A program made the translations under genes and the position numbers. Source: a bacterium (GTDB lineage: Bacteria; Cyanobacteriota; Vampirovibrionia; LMEP-6097). From it: a stretch of DNA of 52,405 bases. Each line of letters opens with the position of its first letter. Position 1 is the stretch's first letter. Below the pieces are notes generated by a model, which saw nothing but the letters and a program-made list of their open reading frames with translations, was not told where the DNA came from and searched no databases. The stretch spans positions 1 through 52,405 of the forward strand of contig JBJTTW010000130.1 of NCBI GenBank assembly GCA_046080385.1, written 5' to 3'. This document shows positions 31,145 through 41,874 of the stretch, piece after piece.

Positions 31145-32674
31145 TTAAAATTTGGCTTGATTGAAAAGACGGGGTAAGCTTGAAGAGGTAATTCCCTTAG
31201 CATACAATTCAGCTAATTCTTTTTGAGATTTGTCTTTTAATGTCGGCTCATTTGAACCATGCATAAGTTCTAACAATGTCTCTTTCGGGGTGTCCTTATA
31301 AGAGTTATAAATAAAATCATAGAATTCTAGTGGTGAATTTGCCGTTTTATCAGCCTTTTCATACTTTCCAAAGAATGTATCTGGATAGCTTTTATAAGCT
31401 CTGATTTCCTCATCTGACAATGGAATTTTTACGATTGATGAACCCTCCTCTGTATCAAACATACACGTACATGAGTTTGTATCGCCTGGTAAGACCATAG
31501 CTTGTTTTAACACACCAACAATTTCCTTACCATTGTTGCCAGGTATTAAAAATTCTTTACCAATTAATAACCTGTTTTTATTTAAACTGCTATTAAATGC
31601 AAACTCTGGTATCTCACCATCAAAAGTTGCAGGTATTTGAAAGTCTCTAAAAGTATCTATAATTCTATGCATATAATTGTATTTTTTTCTGGCGTGCAAG
31701 GCTTCATCTATATTTTTAAATTGTGCTTTATGACCATAATCAGATTTCTTAAATCCATCAACATATATGAAAGTATTAAATTTAGAACTACTTAAATTAC
31801 AAAATAAGTCTTGGCTTGTGAAAACAAAAAAAGCTTCAGGAGCTGGTTTCCCATCAACATCCTCAAGCTCGAATTCTCTCATTGTGGATTCTAATTCTGA
31901 ATACCACCAAGGATTACCATTAATACTTGGCAAATTTGGGGTGCAAAGTTCAATAAAAATTATTCTGTCCAACGAAGTATCTTTTCTTAAAGCTTTATAT
32001 ATCTTGGTTTTAGCCTGCTTAAAATTTCCTTTATCATCACCAGATTTACCTTGTAACTCCTTTGAAATTTTAAATTTTGCTTCTACCCAATATTTTACTC
32101 CTGTTGCTGGATCAATCGCAATTAATTCGCCATGAGTGCTTGAGCTATCTGATTCATCTTCAAATTCAATTGAGAAGCCTGCTCTAAGAAGTATGCAAGC
32201 TACATAAGCTTCATAATAAGCACCCCAAAATTGATCGTGACGCATTAAACGTTTTAAGAATTTTTTACTTAGTTCATTGTTGTGGGAAATTTCATAAAGG
32301 CTATAAGCAAAATTTAAAAAGCATTGTATCTCACCATTGCTATCTTCTGAGTGAATTTGTGTAGAGTCCTTAAAGCTTTTAATACTACTCTTTTGTCTTT
32401 TATTCAGTTTTTTTGTTAATTTCTTGTAGAACAAAATTATGGGGTGAGTATCTTTGGGCTCTAAGCTGAAAACTCTTTCACCCCAAGATTGTTTTATAGT
32501 GACTCTGAAAAAATCAAGCAAGAAATCATGAAAGGTTTTCCAATCTCCAGCTAAGACCCTATTATTAATAGCAACAATTTTTTTACCTTTAAAATCTGCT
32601 TGAATTATTGGCTTACCTAAACCTTGCTGTTGCCTTCTTCTAAATTCTTGACCTGAAAGTTTTTCGCTGTGCAT
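31145..32674 (-). CDS. Hypothetical protein with a PD-(D/E)xK-like nuclease signature
   Basis: GAYYEAYVA...GFSIEFEDE...GELIA...WVEAK pattern; lies between tRNA-derived repeats. Confidence 0.6.
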   Translation of the reverse strand: MHSEKLSGQEFRRRQQQGLGKPIIQADFKGKKIVAINNRVLAGDWKTFHDFLLDFFRVTIKQSWGERVFSLEPKDTHPIILFYKKLTKKLNKRQKSSIKSFKDSTQIHSEDSNGEIQCFLNFAYSLYEISHNNELSKKFLKRLMRHDQFWGAYYEAYVACILLRAGFSIEFEDESDSSSTHGELIAIDPATGVKYWVEAKFKISKELQGKSGDDKGNFKQAKTKIYKALRKDTSLDRIIFIELCTPNLPSINGNPWWYSELESTMREFELEDVDGKPAPEAFFVFTSQDLFCNLSSSKFNTFIYVDGFKKSDYGHKAQFKNIDEALHARKKYNYMHRIIDTFRDFQIPATFDGEIPEFAFNSSLNKNRLLIGKEFLIPGNNGKEIVGVLKQAMVLPGDTNSCTCMFDTEEGSSIVKIPLSDEEIRAYKSYPDTFFGKYEKADKTANSPLEFYDFIYNSYKDTPKETLLELMHGSNEPTLKDKSQKELAELYAKGITSSSLPRLFNQAKF

Positions 32675-32868
32675 ATTACAAGATATATTAATTCTAACAA
32701 ATGCTAATTAGCCAAAGCTAAGCACCGTTCAATTCTATTAAAATCTAATAGGGCAAGGTTCTTTGGGTATTGATTCTGCGGGTTAAGTCTCCGCTATTTG
32801 TTAATAAAAATTATGAAAGAAAGGGTTACGAAGCATTAAAAGATATAATCTTTTCTAATACTTAAAAA

Positions 32869-33201
32869 TCACAACTGCTTTAAAATCTCTTCTACTGAGA
32901 CTTTTAGCTCTGGAATATTTTTCTTAATCACTGATTCAACTCTATCGGTGTCAATTTCAAAATATTGATGCACAAGAATATTTCTCATATTACTGATTTG
33001 GCGCCAAGGAACTTGATTATATTTATTTTTACAATCTTCAGATAAACACCTAGAAGCTTCACCAATAATCTCAATACAGCGAACAATGCCCATCAACTCC
33101 ATTTCATTCAAATGATAAAGATCTTTATTTAATAACAAATACTTCTCAATCAATGATATTGAGTCAAGAATATCTAGCAGCCTCTCCCTGTCATCCCTCA
33201 C
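32869..33201 (-). CDS. HepT/DUF86 (HEPN) toxin
   Basis: RLLDILDSI, IEIIGEA, VPWRQISNMRNILVHQYF (RxxxxH). Confidence 0.9.
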   Translation of the reverse strand: MRDDRERLLDILDSISLIEKYLLLNKDLYHLNEMELMGIVRCIEIIGEASRCLSEDCKNKYNQVPWRQISNMRNILVHQYFEIDTDRVESVIKKNIPELKVSVEEILKQL

Positions 33202-33518
33202 AATGGTAAAGCCTCCGCAAGCACCTTCTCTCTATATCTTGCTTTTAAAGACTTCTCAGTTGCTACATCAACATCTCGCTCTAAAAGATCTGAAAGATCA
33301 AGCCAAAAGCCACTCCAGTCAAGTAAGCTGGCATCTGCATTAAAATCAACTAAAAAATCTATATCACTTTGATCATTACTAGTACCTCTTGCAACAGAAC
33401 CAAATATGCGAACATTATTCGCTCCATATTTGTGAGCAAGATTCAGGATGTCGCTTCTTTTATTTCTGACCAGCTCAAACAAATCCATAAAATCAATGAT
33501 AACTTGAATTCCCTGCAT
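33198..33518 (-). CDS. Minimal nucleotidyltransferase (MNT) antitoxin
   Basis: FGSVARG...SDIDFLV...DVDV; 4-bp overlap with the HepT gene. Confidence 0.9.
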   Translation of the reverse strand: MQGIQVIIDFMDLFELVRNKRSDILNLAHKYGANNVRIFGSVARGTSNDQSDIDFLVDFNADASLLDWSGFWLDLSDLLERDVDVATEKSLKARYREKVLAEALPL

Positions 33519-34405
33519 TATGCTGCAACCGCAGCATAATCTTTAAAAGTCTTATCGGTAGTAGCTTTAGTCGTGTTCACGTAATAATAATTAGCAAAAT
33601 TATTCATAGCCATGCTGAAATGTGAAAGTATGTGTGAGACATGCTTTGGCGTGAATGACTTAGCTACATCACAGATAGAAACGATTCCATAGAAACCTGC
33701 TGATAACTTATTATTAATATCTGGATGAATAAATTTAGCCCAGTCGCAGCCTATTCCTCCTAGGTTACGTATTATTGAAGAAGCCTTTCCTAGAGGACTA
33801 TGATGATTAGAACCCGCTAGCATTCCGCCTATAGCACCGAGAAAATTTCCCCAAGCACACAGAAACATTGTATGACCCTCTTCTTTGTCGGGATGAATGA
33901 AAACCTTTCTATCAGCCCCAAATAAATTGCCGAAGGTCTCCTTGCACATAGTTAAAAAGGCTTTACCGTTTTCTTTTAAGTCTTCTAGAGCTGAAGCTGG
34001 TATTCCCTGGGGATTTTCTTTTGTCGCATTAGGGAATTTAATTTTATGTCTCTGAGCCTGCTCGAACATAGTAGGACCACTGCTAATGCCAGATGCGGTG
34101 AAGACAGATTCTAGTGGCATAAATGGTACTACTGCTGAGTAAGCTAGTCTAGATAAACCTTCCCAAGCACGTTTGCCAGCTACGGCTTCTATCCCTTTGT
34201 GGGTGTAATTTGCGACGTTAACTAATTTTGAGAAGCCAAGTATGTATTTATCCAATAAGTCAGTAAGCGGTTTAGGAACAGCTTCGGAGAGACCTCCAAT
34301 TCCAGCCACTAAGTGACCTAGCGAAGCGGTGGCGTAGCCAATTACGGGTAGTGTATCGCGAATAAAATTAGAATCTTTGGAATTAGTTATTGAAACCCCC
34401 TCCAT
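33518..34405 (-). CDS. Hypothetical membrane-associated protein (true 5' end uncertain)
   Basis: 295-aa ORF with hydrophobic G/A-rich helices; the frame stays open 57 codons upstream of the ATG. Confidence 0.6.
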   Translation of the reverse strand: MEGVSITNSKDSNFIRDTLPVIGYATASLGHLVAGIGGLSEAVPKPLTDLLDKYILGFSKLVNVANYTHKGIEAVAGKRAWEGLSRLAYSAVVPFMPLESVFTASGISSGPTMFEQAQRHKIKFPNATKENPQGIPASALEDLKENGKAFLTMCKETFGNLFGADRKVFIHPDKEEGHTMFLCAWGNFLGAIGGMLAGSNHHSPLGKASSIIRNLGGIGCDWAKFIHPDINNKLSAGFYGIVSICDVAKSFTPKHVSHILSHFSMAMNNFANYYYVNTTKATTDKTFKDYAAVAA

Positions 34406-34709
34406 TCCATCAAATGAGTGGGAAGCTGCTGCATGTGTGTCAAGTTGAGCTAGGAGTGAACTTTTAGCCCGATTTAATTCAGAGTCTATTTGTTCTAATG
34501 GTGATGCTGTATCGTTAGTTTTATTAAAGGAATTATGTTTATCATCAACAACAAAGATAGTTCTGCGGTGCAGCCCCTATCACATTATTAGATGGTTGTT
34601 CTGGCACATTTATTTTATTTTCTTTTTGCAGAACTTTCATGAAAATAAATTGTAACACAGAATAAATACGATTGGGTACAATGAAATTATTTATAGTTTT
34701 ACTTGAGTT

Positions 34710-36353
34710 TTATTTGACGTAAGCCCTTGTACTCATACTGATTTCGCAAATTCTTTCAGAAATAGCGTTAATAGATTTTAAAGTATCGAGGACCTCAAGA
34801 TTTAATCTATCTCTCTCGTGTTCGTTTATTTTACAGATATCCTCAATAGCACGCATTCTAAATGTTTCATAGAAAGAAGCCGAGGCTTGCAGCTGAGCTG
34901 CTACTGATTCTGCTTGATTCGGTGTATCTTTGATAAATGAACTCAGTGAAGCGTTAAATGATCTTATAGTTTTAACTAAATATTTATCTAAATCGTTAAA
35001 TCCATCATCGAAGTCTGGAATTTTCCCGTCCATATGATCAAGTCCAACTTTAAGGGTATGGACCACTTGCTCGCATTCATTGATGATTAAAAGGATATCT
35101 AAAAGTTCAGTGACTTCATCTACGGTGAAAGTCTTACGGTGAGAAGATTTTAATTGACGTAAAAATTTAACTAAGCCTAAGCGCAAATCTTGATGATCTT
35201 CTATTAATTTTCTAATTTTTTTTTCATCAAGGCTTTGTCTTTTGACAAAATATTTCCCTGCGACTAAAAGCATTTCCCTGATTATGTTTCGCATTGATCT
35301 CAAGGCATCTCGCGATTCAGCTAGAGCGACATCGATGTCTTTAGAAAATTTGTCTATTTTGGGAATGCTATATTTTTGAAACTTTCCGTGGTTAGAGTCC
35401 GGTACGCATAAGCAAGAAAGCCAAGCAAGCTGCTTTACAAAAGGAATTGCAATTAATACTGTAATGATATTAAAGATTGTTTGAGCATTAGCTATGAATT
35501 GAGGGACGTTATCTTGGGGAGTAAATTCTTGTACAAAATTAGTAAATTCTGGAATGAAGAATATGAAAGGTAAGACACCTAAAATATTGAATAGTATGTG
35601 AGAAGCAGCTACTCTGCGAGCTTGGAATGATGTGTTAAGGGAAACGATAACAGCCGTGAAACAAGTACCAATATTAGCTCCCAACATTAAAGGTATTACT
35701 GCCATTGGGGTAATTAATCCTTGCAGGGCTAGACCTATCATTACACCTAAAGCACCACTGCTTGAATGAATTAGTGCCGTAAAGAGAGTCCCTACCAGTA
35801 TTCCGATAAGAGGATCTTGGAAATTTTGCATCATATCTAAGAATATTTGAGAATGCTGTAATGGTTTCATTGACTCAGACATAAGTTGTAAGCCAAAAAG
35901 CATAATGCCAGATCCTAGAATTGAATTACCTATGTAAAGGACTTTATCTTTAGTTGCGGTAACTTGTATTAAGAAACCGATGCAGACTACTGCTAAAGAC
36001 CATTTGATGATATTAAATGCCATGATATGCGCTGTAACAGTAGTTCCGATATTGGCCCCTAGCATTACGCCTATAGTTCTTTCGAAGCTTACGATATTTG
36101 CTTGAACAAGTGAGACTAGGATTGATGTTACAGCAGTACTACTTTGTACTAAACCTGTAAGAGCAGTTCCTAAGAAAACTCCGTGGAAAGTAGTTTTAGT
36201 AGCTTTTTCAACTATTGTCTTGAAAATAGGTCCAGCCAAGCTTTTCAAATTCAAGCATATTAAATCTAAACCAAAGAGCAGCAAAGAAGCACCTCCAAGC
36301 AAGGTGATTATGGAAAATAAATTAAATTCACTTTGAGCCATGGTCCTATCCAA
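34710..36353 (-). CDS. Na/Pi cotransporter family protein with a PhoU-like C-terminus
   Basis: Duplicated QSS/HSS...GANIGT motifs. Confidence 0.9.
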   Translation of the reverse strand: MDRTMAQSEFNLFSIITLLGGASLLLFGLDLICLNLKSLAGPIFKTIVEKATKTTFHGVFLGTALTGLVQSSTAVTSILVSLVQANIVSFERTIGVMLGANIGTTVTAHIMAFNIIKWSLAVVCIGFLIQVTATKDKVLYIGNSILGSGIMLFGLQLMSESMKPLQHSQIFLDMMQNFQDPLIGILVGTLFTALIHSSSGALGVMIGLALQGLITPMAVIPLMLGANIGTCFTAVIVSLNTSFQARRVAASHILFNILGVLPFIFFIPEFTNFVQEFTPQDNVPQFIANAQTIFNIITVLIAIPFVKQLAWLSCLCVPDSNHGKFQKYSIPKIDKFSKDIDVALAESRDALRSMRNIIREMLLVAGKYFVKRQSLDEKKIRKLIEDHQDLRLGLVKFLRQLKSSHRKTFTVDEVTELLDILLIINECEQVVHTLKVGLDHMDGKIPDFDDGFNDLDKYLVKTIRSFNASLSSFIKDTPNQAESVAAQLQASASFYETFRMRAIEDICKINEHERDRLNLEVLDTLKSINAISERICEISMSTRAYVK

Positions 36354-36486
36354 AAAAGAATTGTAGCTTTAAAATAAATTTAAGGAATATTTAATCTTTC
36401 TGGGCTTCTTCGTGAAGTTTTTTTTTCTATGATGTAGAGTTACAAGGTTTATTAATTAACGAACCTTAGTAAAAGGAAAATATCAA

Positions 36487-36684
36487 ATGAAAAAAATGTC
36501 TGCATTATTTGCTTTACTTCTTGTAGCTACTCTATCTGCTAACGCTAACACAGCTGCTAAAACTGAGCAAAAACCAGCTGCTGCTAAAACTGAAAAAACA
36601 GAAAAAGCAGAAAAAGCTCCAGCTGCTAAAGCTAATACAGCTGCTCCAGCTGCTAAAGCTCCAGCTGCTGCAACTCAAAAGTAA
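36487..36684 (+). CDS. Small secreted Ala/Lys/Pro-rich protein
   Basis: MKK plus hydrophobic signal plus ANA cleavage site; PAAK repeats; followed by a terminator. Confidence 0.7.
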   Translation: MKKMSALFALLLVATLSANANTAAKTEQKPAAAKTEKTEKAEKAPAAKANTAAPAAKAPAAATQK

Positions 36685-36706
36685 TTTTTGAAAGCTTAAA
36701 TAGGGG

Positions 36707-36747
36707 GAAATAAAAAAGAGGGCTTATAAAGCCCTCTTTTTTATTTC
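36707..36747. terminator. Bidirectional intrinsic terminator
   Basis: gaaataaaaaagagggctt-ata-aagccctcttttttatttc between convergent genes. Confidence 0.85.
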
Positions 36748-36765
36748 ATAATTCCTAATGTCTTT

Positions 36766-36791
36766 TAGCTCGGGGAGCGGATCCTTAATCT
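36766..36791 (+). repeat. Solo end of the GGATCC-type element, supplying a stop codon
   Basis: tagctcggggagcggatccttaatct is identical to 334-359. Confidence 0.85.
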
Positions 36792-37405
36792 AAGTTTAAT
36801 AATCTTGGGATTCGGTCAAAAGAAAAACGTTCTGATTTCTTCCTTTCTAGTGCTTCTTTTTCTAACATCTCTAAGCGAGAATCCACTCTTTGAGACATTT
36901 CTTTCTTATTTATTTTTTGCTTGATTGAGTTTGATTGTGGTTGATTCCGTTCATGTTTTTCGACAACTTTACTGTTTTTATAGTTAGGATAAAATCTTTC
37001 TGCGACATCTTTTTCGTCATAGCTTAAAAGCTCATCTACGTGACCACGAGAGAGTTTTCCTTCATCGCCTAAGTCTAGTTTTTTGCCAAACAGCATATCG
37101 GTAGCGTCTTCGTGTGTCATCTCTACTGAATTAACTACTTGCTCCATTTGATGAGAGCCTTCGCGAACTTTTCTTAGTTGTTTAACTATATCTCTTTGGT
37201 CAATTTGTAAAATTTTAATATTTTGCTCATTGTCTCTGCCAAGACTTTTTAATTTTTTTATTTCCAGCTCAAGCATTTGAATGGTGTCTACCTGTTTATT
37301 CAAAATTTCTCGAATTTCAATAATTTGAGAGCCTATAAGTTTAATGGTATCTAAAGCTCTTTTACTAGTACTGGTAGGGTTGGTATTTTGCATTTTTTTC
37401 TCCAC
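36785..37405 (-). CDS. Hypothetical coiled-coil protein
   Basis: Heptad-rich E/K/Q/L N-terminal half. Confidence 0.6.
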   Translation of the reverse strand: MEKKMQNTNPTSTSKRALDTIKLIGSQIIEIREILNKQVDTIQMLELEIKKLKSLGRDNEQNIKILQIDQRDIVKQLRKVREGSHQMEQVVNSVEMTHEDATDMLFGKKLDLGDEGKLSRGHVDELLSYDEKDVAERFYPNYKNSKVVEKHERNQPQSNSIKQKINKKEMSQRVDSRLEMLEKEALERKKSERFSFDRIPRLLNLD

Positions 37406-37580
37406 GATAACTGGAACTCAATTGTTTAATTTAATTTGTATGATTTATATATTTGACGTATCTCGATTAAATTAACTCAATCATTGAGTTGAGGCTACAG
37501 TAATAGTTAAAAAATAAAATAAGTTTACTTCTTTAGCCCAAGAAAATCGTAATAAAATCAAATTTGCTAGAATACTTTTA

Positions 37581-38861
37581 ATGGTGTTCTTTGATTTAAA
37601 TAATGATTTGCAAGCTTCAGATCAAGAGGTTTACAGATTTATTCAAAAAGAATTAGAAAGACAGTCTCAAAATATTGAGCTTATCGCTAGTGAGAATTTT
37701 ACAAGCCAAGCTGTTATACAGGCTGCAGCTTCTTGCTTTACCAATAAATATGCTGAAGGCTATCCAGGTAAAAGGTATTATAACGGTTGTGAAAACTGTG
37801 ATGATGTGGAAAGCCTTGCGATTGAAAGAGCTAAAAAACTCTTCTCTGCTAAGTATGCTAATGTACAAGCTCATTCTGGAGCGAATGCTAATACTGCTGC
37901 TTTCATGGCAATGCTAAAACCAGGGGATAAGATTCTTGGCATGAGTCTTAAAGAAGGTGGGCATCTTACTCATGGTACTTCTGTAAATTTCTCTGGCAAA
38001 TTTTATCAGGCTTTTGAGTACGGTGTTGATGATAATGGTTTCCTAGACTACGATGCCGTTGAAAGAATCGCTAAGCAAGAAAAACCACAGCTGATTATCG
38101 CTGGAGCCTCTGCCTATCCTCGAATCATTGATTTTAAAAGATTTCGTGAAATAGCTGATAGTGTAGGCGCTTATCTTCTTGTAGATATGGCTCACATAGC
38201 AGGTTTGGTGGCTGCTGGTTTACATCCTAATCCTTTACCATACGCAGATGTAGTAACTTCTACTACTCATAAAACCTTGGGCGGTCCAAGAGGCGGCATA
38301 ATTTTATCCAACAATGAAGACCTTTTTAAAAAAATAGATTCTGCTATTTTCCCCGGCTCCCAAGGTGGTCCATTAATGCATATAGTTGCAGCTAAAGCCG
38401 TTTGCTTCGGAGAAGCTCTGACTCAAGAGTTTAAGGAGTATCAAGCTCAAGTAATAAAAAATGCAAAAGTTTTAGCAGATACTTTAGTTCAAGAAGGGAT
38501 AGAAATAGTGAGTGGTGGCAGTGATAATCACTTAATTCTTATTAGTCTAGTTAAGTTTGGTATTACTGGTAAAGATTTAGCTAATCTTTTAGATCAGTAT
38601 AAAATTACAGTTAATAAAAATGGCATACCCAAAGACCCTCAGAGCCCTTTCGTGACCAGTGGTATTAGAGTTGGCACACCAGCTATGACTAGGAGAGGAT
38701 TTAAGGAACAAGACTTTAAAGATTTAGGTGTCCTTATTGCTAAGTTTATTAAAACAATGGCAACGAATAGTCTTGCCTTGGATGCAGAAATCGAGAGTTT
38801 TGTTAAAGCAGAGGTTAGCAGGCTTATAGAAGGCTTGAATTTTTACAAGATCGGCGTGTAG
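37581..38861 (+). CDS. glyA: Serine hydroxymethyltransferase
   Basis: [42 protein letters not shown]. Confidence 0.96.
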   Translation: MVFFDLNNDLQASDQEVYRFIQKELERQSQNIELIASENFTSQAVIQAAASCFTNKYAEGYPGKRYYNGCENCDDVESLAIERAKKLFSAKYANVQAHSGANANTAAFMAMLKPGDKILGMSLKEGGHLTHGTSVNFSGKFYQAFEYGVDDNGFLDYDAVERIAKQEKPQLIIAGASAYPRIIDFKRFREIADSVGAYLLVDMAHIAGLVAAGLHPNPLPYADVVTSTTHKTLGGPRGGIILSNNEDLFKKIDSAIFPGSQGGPLMHIVAAKAVCFGEALTQEFKEYQAQVIKNAKVLADTLVQEGIEIVSGGSDNHLILISLVKFGITGKDLANLLDQYKITVNKNGIPKDPQSPFVTSGIRVGTPAMTRRGFKEQDFKDLGVLIAKFIKTMATNSLALDAEIESFVKAEVSRLIEGLNFYKIGV

Positions 38862-38894
38862 CGAAACTCCAAACCCAATTTCTGCGTTTTCGTC
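38853..38894 (-). repeat. Repeat copy supplying the last codons and TAG stop of glyA
   Basis: GGC GTG TAG cgaaactcc...aatttctgcgttttcgtc. Confidence 0.85.
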
Positions 38895-39015
38895 ATTGAA
38901 AATAATAAAAAAATCAACATTTTAGGCTAATTTATGTTAATTAGCTCCCCCCCAAATCTAGGGATTTAGGCTATTATGTGATAGTTGGCCGCTTCAACTT
39001 TAAAAGGAAATACGA

Positions 39016-40344
39016 TTGCCTCAAGAAAAATTAAAAATTAAAGGTTCAAATGCTCTCCATGGTGAGGTTTTAGTCTCTGGTGCAAAAAATGCCGTACTGA
39101 AACAAATGGCCGCAGCTTTAATTTTACCGAAAGGAAAAGTTAGATTATCTAATGTTCCAGAGCTTTCTGATGTTTATTCGATGATAGATATTTTGACACT
39201 GCTTGGTGCAGAGATCAGCTTTAAAGATAAGGTGCTTGAAATAGATAGCACGAGTCTGTCGAGTGAAATGGTTCCAATAGAGTTAGCTCGTAAACTTAGA
39301 GCGAGCTTTGTCTGCTTAGGTGCTTTAGTTGCAAGATTTAAAAATGCTCAAGTAGCATTACCTGGTGGTTGTGACCTAGGTGCCAGAAAAGTAGATTTAC
39401 ACCTTAAAGGATTAAAAGCTCTAGGTGTGAAGATTACAGAAGAGCATGGCTATGTTTTTGCTAGTGCTGATAAGCTTGTTGGTACTAAGATTTATTTAGA
39501 TCTTCCTAGTAATGGTGCTACAGAGAATATCATGATAGCTGCGGTTATGGCAGAGGGCGAGACTATCATAGAAAATGCAGCTAGAGATCCAGAGATAGTA
39601 GATCTCGCTAAATTTTTAAACTCCCTTGGCTGTAAAATAACTGGTGCTGGTACTAGTAATGTTCATATAAAAGGGGTTGCTGCTGCTGATTTACACAGTT
39701 CAGATTTTAGATGTTTACCTGATAGAATAGAGGCGGCAACTTATCTTGTTGCAGGTGCGATGACGAAAGGTCGAGTTAGGGCTAATTCTGTTGTTGAAGA
39801 AGATTTGCAGGCACTATTAAGTAAGCTTGAGGATATCGGAGTTGATATAACTATTTTTAAATCAGAGATAGAAGGACTCGTGGATATAGAAGTATCTGCT
39901 GAGAACAGAATTCTAAAAGCAACTGATGTGAAAACCATGTGGTACCCTGGTTTTTCTACCGATATTCAGCCGATTTTCTCGGTGTTGTTAGCCTTATGTG
40001 ATGGTACGAGTACTGTAGTGGAAAATATTTATAATTCAAGATTTCAGCACATCGAAGAATTACAAAAAATGGGTTCTAAAGCTGATGTTAACGGTGAAGT
40101 CGCTGTAATTACTGGTGTTGATAAATTAAAAGCTACTCAAGTAGAGGGCCGTGACCTGAGAGCTACCGCTGCACTTGTTGTGGCAGCTCTTGCTGCTGAA
40201 GGTACTAGTGAAGTTAGGGGGCTTATACACCTAGATAGAGGTTATGAGGAATTAGAAGCTAAATTTAGATCGCTTGGAGCGACTATTGAGAGGTTTCCTG
40301 ATAATTCTATTAATTCTGAAGCCAAAGCCACAGCAAAGATTTAA
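39016..40344 (+). CDS. murA: UDP-N-acetylglucosamine 1-carboxyvinyltransferase
   Basis: SGAKNA, LRAS, LPGGCDLGAR, GATENI, PDRIEA, DLRA, HLDRGYE. Confidence 0.95.
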   Translation: MPQEKLKIKGSNALHGEVLVSGAKNAVLKQMAAALILPKGKVRLSNVPELSDVYSMIDILTLLGAEISFKDKVLEIDSTSLSSEMVPIELARKLRASFVCLGALVARFKNAQVALPGGCDLGARKVDLHLKGLKALGVKITEEHGYVFASADKLVGTKIYLDLPSNGATENIMIAAVMAEGETIIENAARDPEIVDLAKFLNSLGCKITGAGTSNVHIKGVAAADLHSSDFRCLPDRIEAATYLVAGAMTKGRVRANSVVEEDLQALLSKLEDIGVDITIFKSEIEGLVDIEVSAENRILKATDVKTMWYPGFSTDIQPIFSVLLALCDGTSTVVENIYNSRFQHIEELQKMGSKADVNGEVAVITGVDKLKATQVEGRDLRATAALVVAALAAEGTSEVRGLIHLDRGYEELEAKFRSLGATIERFPDNSINSEAKATAKI

Positions 40345-40351
40345 GCTTACC

Positions 40352-41788
40352 TTAAAGTGACTTAGAGAAAAGTTTATGAGCATTTTTTTGTTTCAGGTAA
40401 TGGTCAAACATGCTTGCGATATTACGCACAAATAAACGTCCGAGTTCGGTTACTGAAATGGAAAATCTTCCATTATTAAGGTCTTTATTATGGGAGTGTA
40501 GCGAAACTCCAATTTCTGCGTTGTTAGTATTAATTAGATTAAGCTCTATTAAACCATCTTGGACGAAGGATTCTAGTAGGGAGTATTCTTCCTTATAATC
40601 ATCATAATTAAGTTCAGTATAAAAATGACACATTATTTCTTTGATGATCTGCTTGCGCTCAGTGTCCTTAGCGTCAGAGATGAAAAATTTCTCTGCGGCA
40701 AAAGGATCTTCCTCGTTATAATATTCGCTCAATTTTTTTTTATTCTGCTTGTAAGTCCCTTGTATAGATGATATTGCAGTTAGTCCAATCCCAAATAAAT
40801 CACAGCCATCATGAGTGGTGTAACCCTGAAAATTACGATAAAGCTTTTTATTCTTGTGAGCCTTACATAATTCATCATCGGGTCTTGCAAAGTGGTCTAG
40901 CCCTATCGGCTGGTAACCTTCGGCTGTAAAGGATTTTACTGCGAGCTCGAATATATCCAGCTTGGTTTTCTGGTTTGGTAAAGTATCTTCGTTAATATAT
41001 TTTTTCTGAAAAGGGAAGAACTCGGGTATGTGTGCGTAATTGAAAAGTGCAATTCTTTCGGGTGATAATTTAATGACTTGTTCAACAGTCTTCTTAAAAG
41101 TCGTAAGGTCCTGATGGGGTAAGCCATAGATTAAGTCGAAATTAACGCTGTTAAAGTCGGCTTCACGAGAGATCTTTAGTATATTTTCCACTGATTCATA
41201 TGTCTGAATGCGATTTATAGCTTCTTGGGTTTTTTCATTGAAGTCCTGTATCCCCATGCTAAGTCGATTGAAGCCTAATCTAGATAGAGTTTTCAAATGT
41301 TCTTGGCTAGTGACCCTTGGGTCTATCTCAATAGAATATTCATGATTAAAGAAAGCCTCATCAACCTTATTCAAAAGATTAAAGTGTTTGCGAAGGTGTT
41401 CGTAAATTTCCTCTATTTCATCAGGATGGAGAAAAGTCGGAGTACCTCCTCCCCAAGCCATTTGTATGACTTTTCGCTCTGGTGAGATCCTTTCACCTAT
41501 ATACTCAATCTCTTCTTTGATGCGTTTTATGTAAGATTTGCTGATTTCGTGCTTTTTGCTGATTATGACATTGCAAGCACAGTAATAGCATTGGCTTTCA
41601 CAGAAAGGCAAGTGAAGATATAAAGAGTAATTATTACCTTCAAGGTTTGATGCTTCAATTGCAGTTTCAAAGGCTGTTTTGGAGTAAGGCATTCTCCATT
41701 CTGGAGCTGTGGGATAGCTGGTATAGCGAGGTACTGCTCCACCATATTTCTTAAGTAGCTCTTGTAAATTAGTATCTGCTTTTTGCAA
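40352..41788 (-). CDS. hemN: Oxygen-independent coproporphyrinogen III oxidase
   Basis: PRYTSYPTA, HLPFCESQCYYCAC, GGGTPT, GLDHFA, RNFQGY. Confidence 0.93.
   Translation of the reverse strand: MQKADTNLQELLKKYGGAVPRYTSYPTAPEWRMPYSKTAFETAIEASNLEGNNYSLYLHLPFCESQCYYCACNVIISKKHEISKSYIKRIKEEIEYIGERISPERKVIQMAWGGGTPTFLHPDEIEEIYEHLRKHFNLLNKVDEAFFNHEYSIEIDPRVTSQEHLKTLSRLGFNRLSMGIQDFNEKTQEAINRIQTYESVENILKISREADFNSVNFDLIYGLPHQDLTTFKKTVEQVIKLSPERIALFNYAHIPEFFPFQKKYINEDTLPNQKTKLDIFELAVKSFTAEGYQPIGLDHFARPDDELCKAHKNKKLYRNFQGYTTHDGCDLFGIGLTAISSIQGTYKQNKKKLSEYYNEEDPFAAEKFFISDAKDTERKQIIKEIMCHFYTELNYDDYKEEYSLLESFVQDGLIELNLINTNNAEIGVSLHSHNKDLNNGRFSISVTELGRLFVRNIASMFDHYLKQKNAHKLFSKSL
40492..40522 (-). repeat. 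In-frame repeat copy in hemN (NAEIGVSLHS)
   Basis: gggagtgtagcgaaactccaatttctgcgtt. Confidence 0.88.
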
Positions 41789-41874
41789 TGCTTATATGAA
41801 ATCTTAACATTTATTGATATTCATGTGCTATCATATTACTTCGTCTATTTTAAAAATAGGGATAATTCCATATA

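Noticed and set aside
30871-33518. Intact prophage or integrative element at tRNA-Asp
   Set aside because: No integrase, replication or structural genes; only att-like remnants and cargo.
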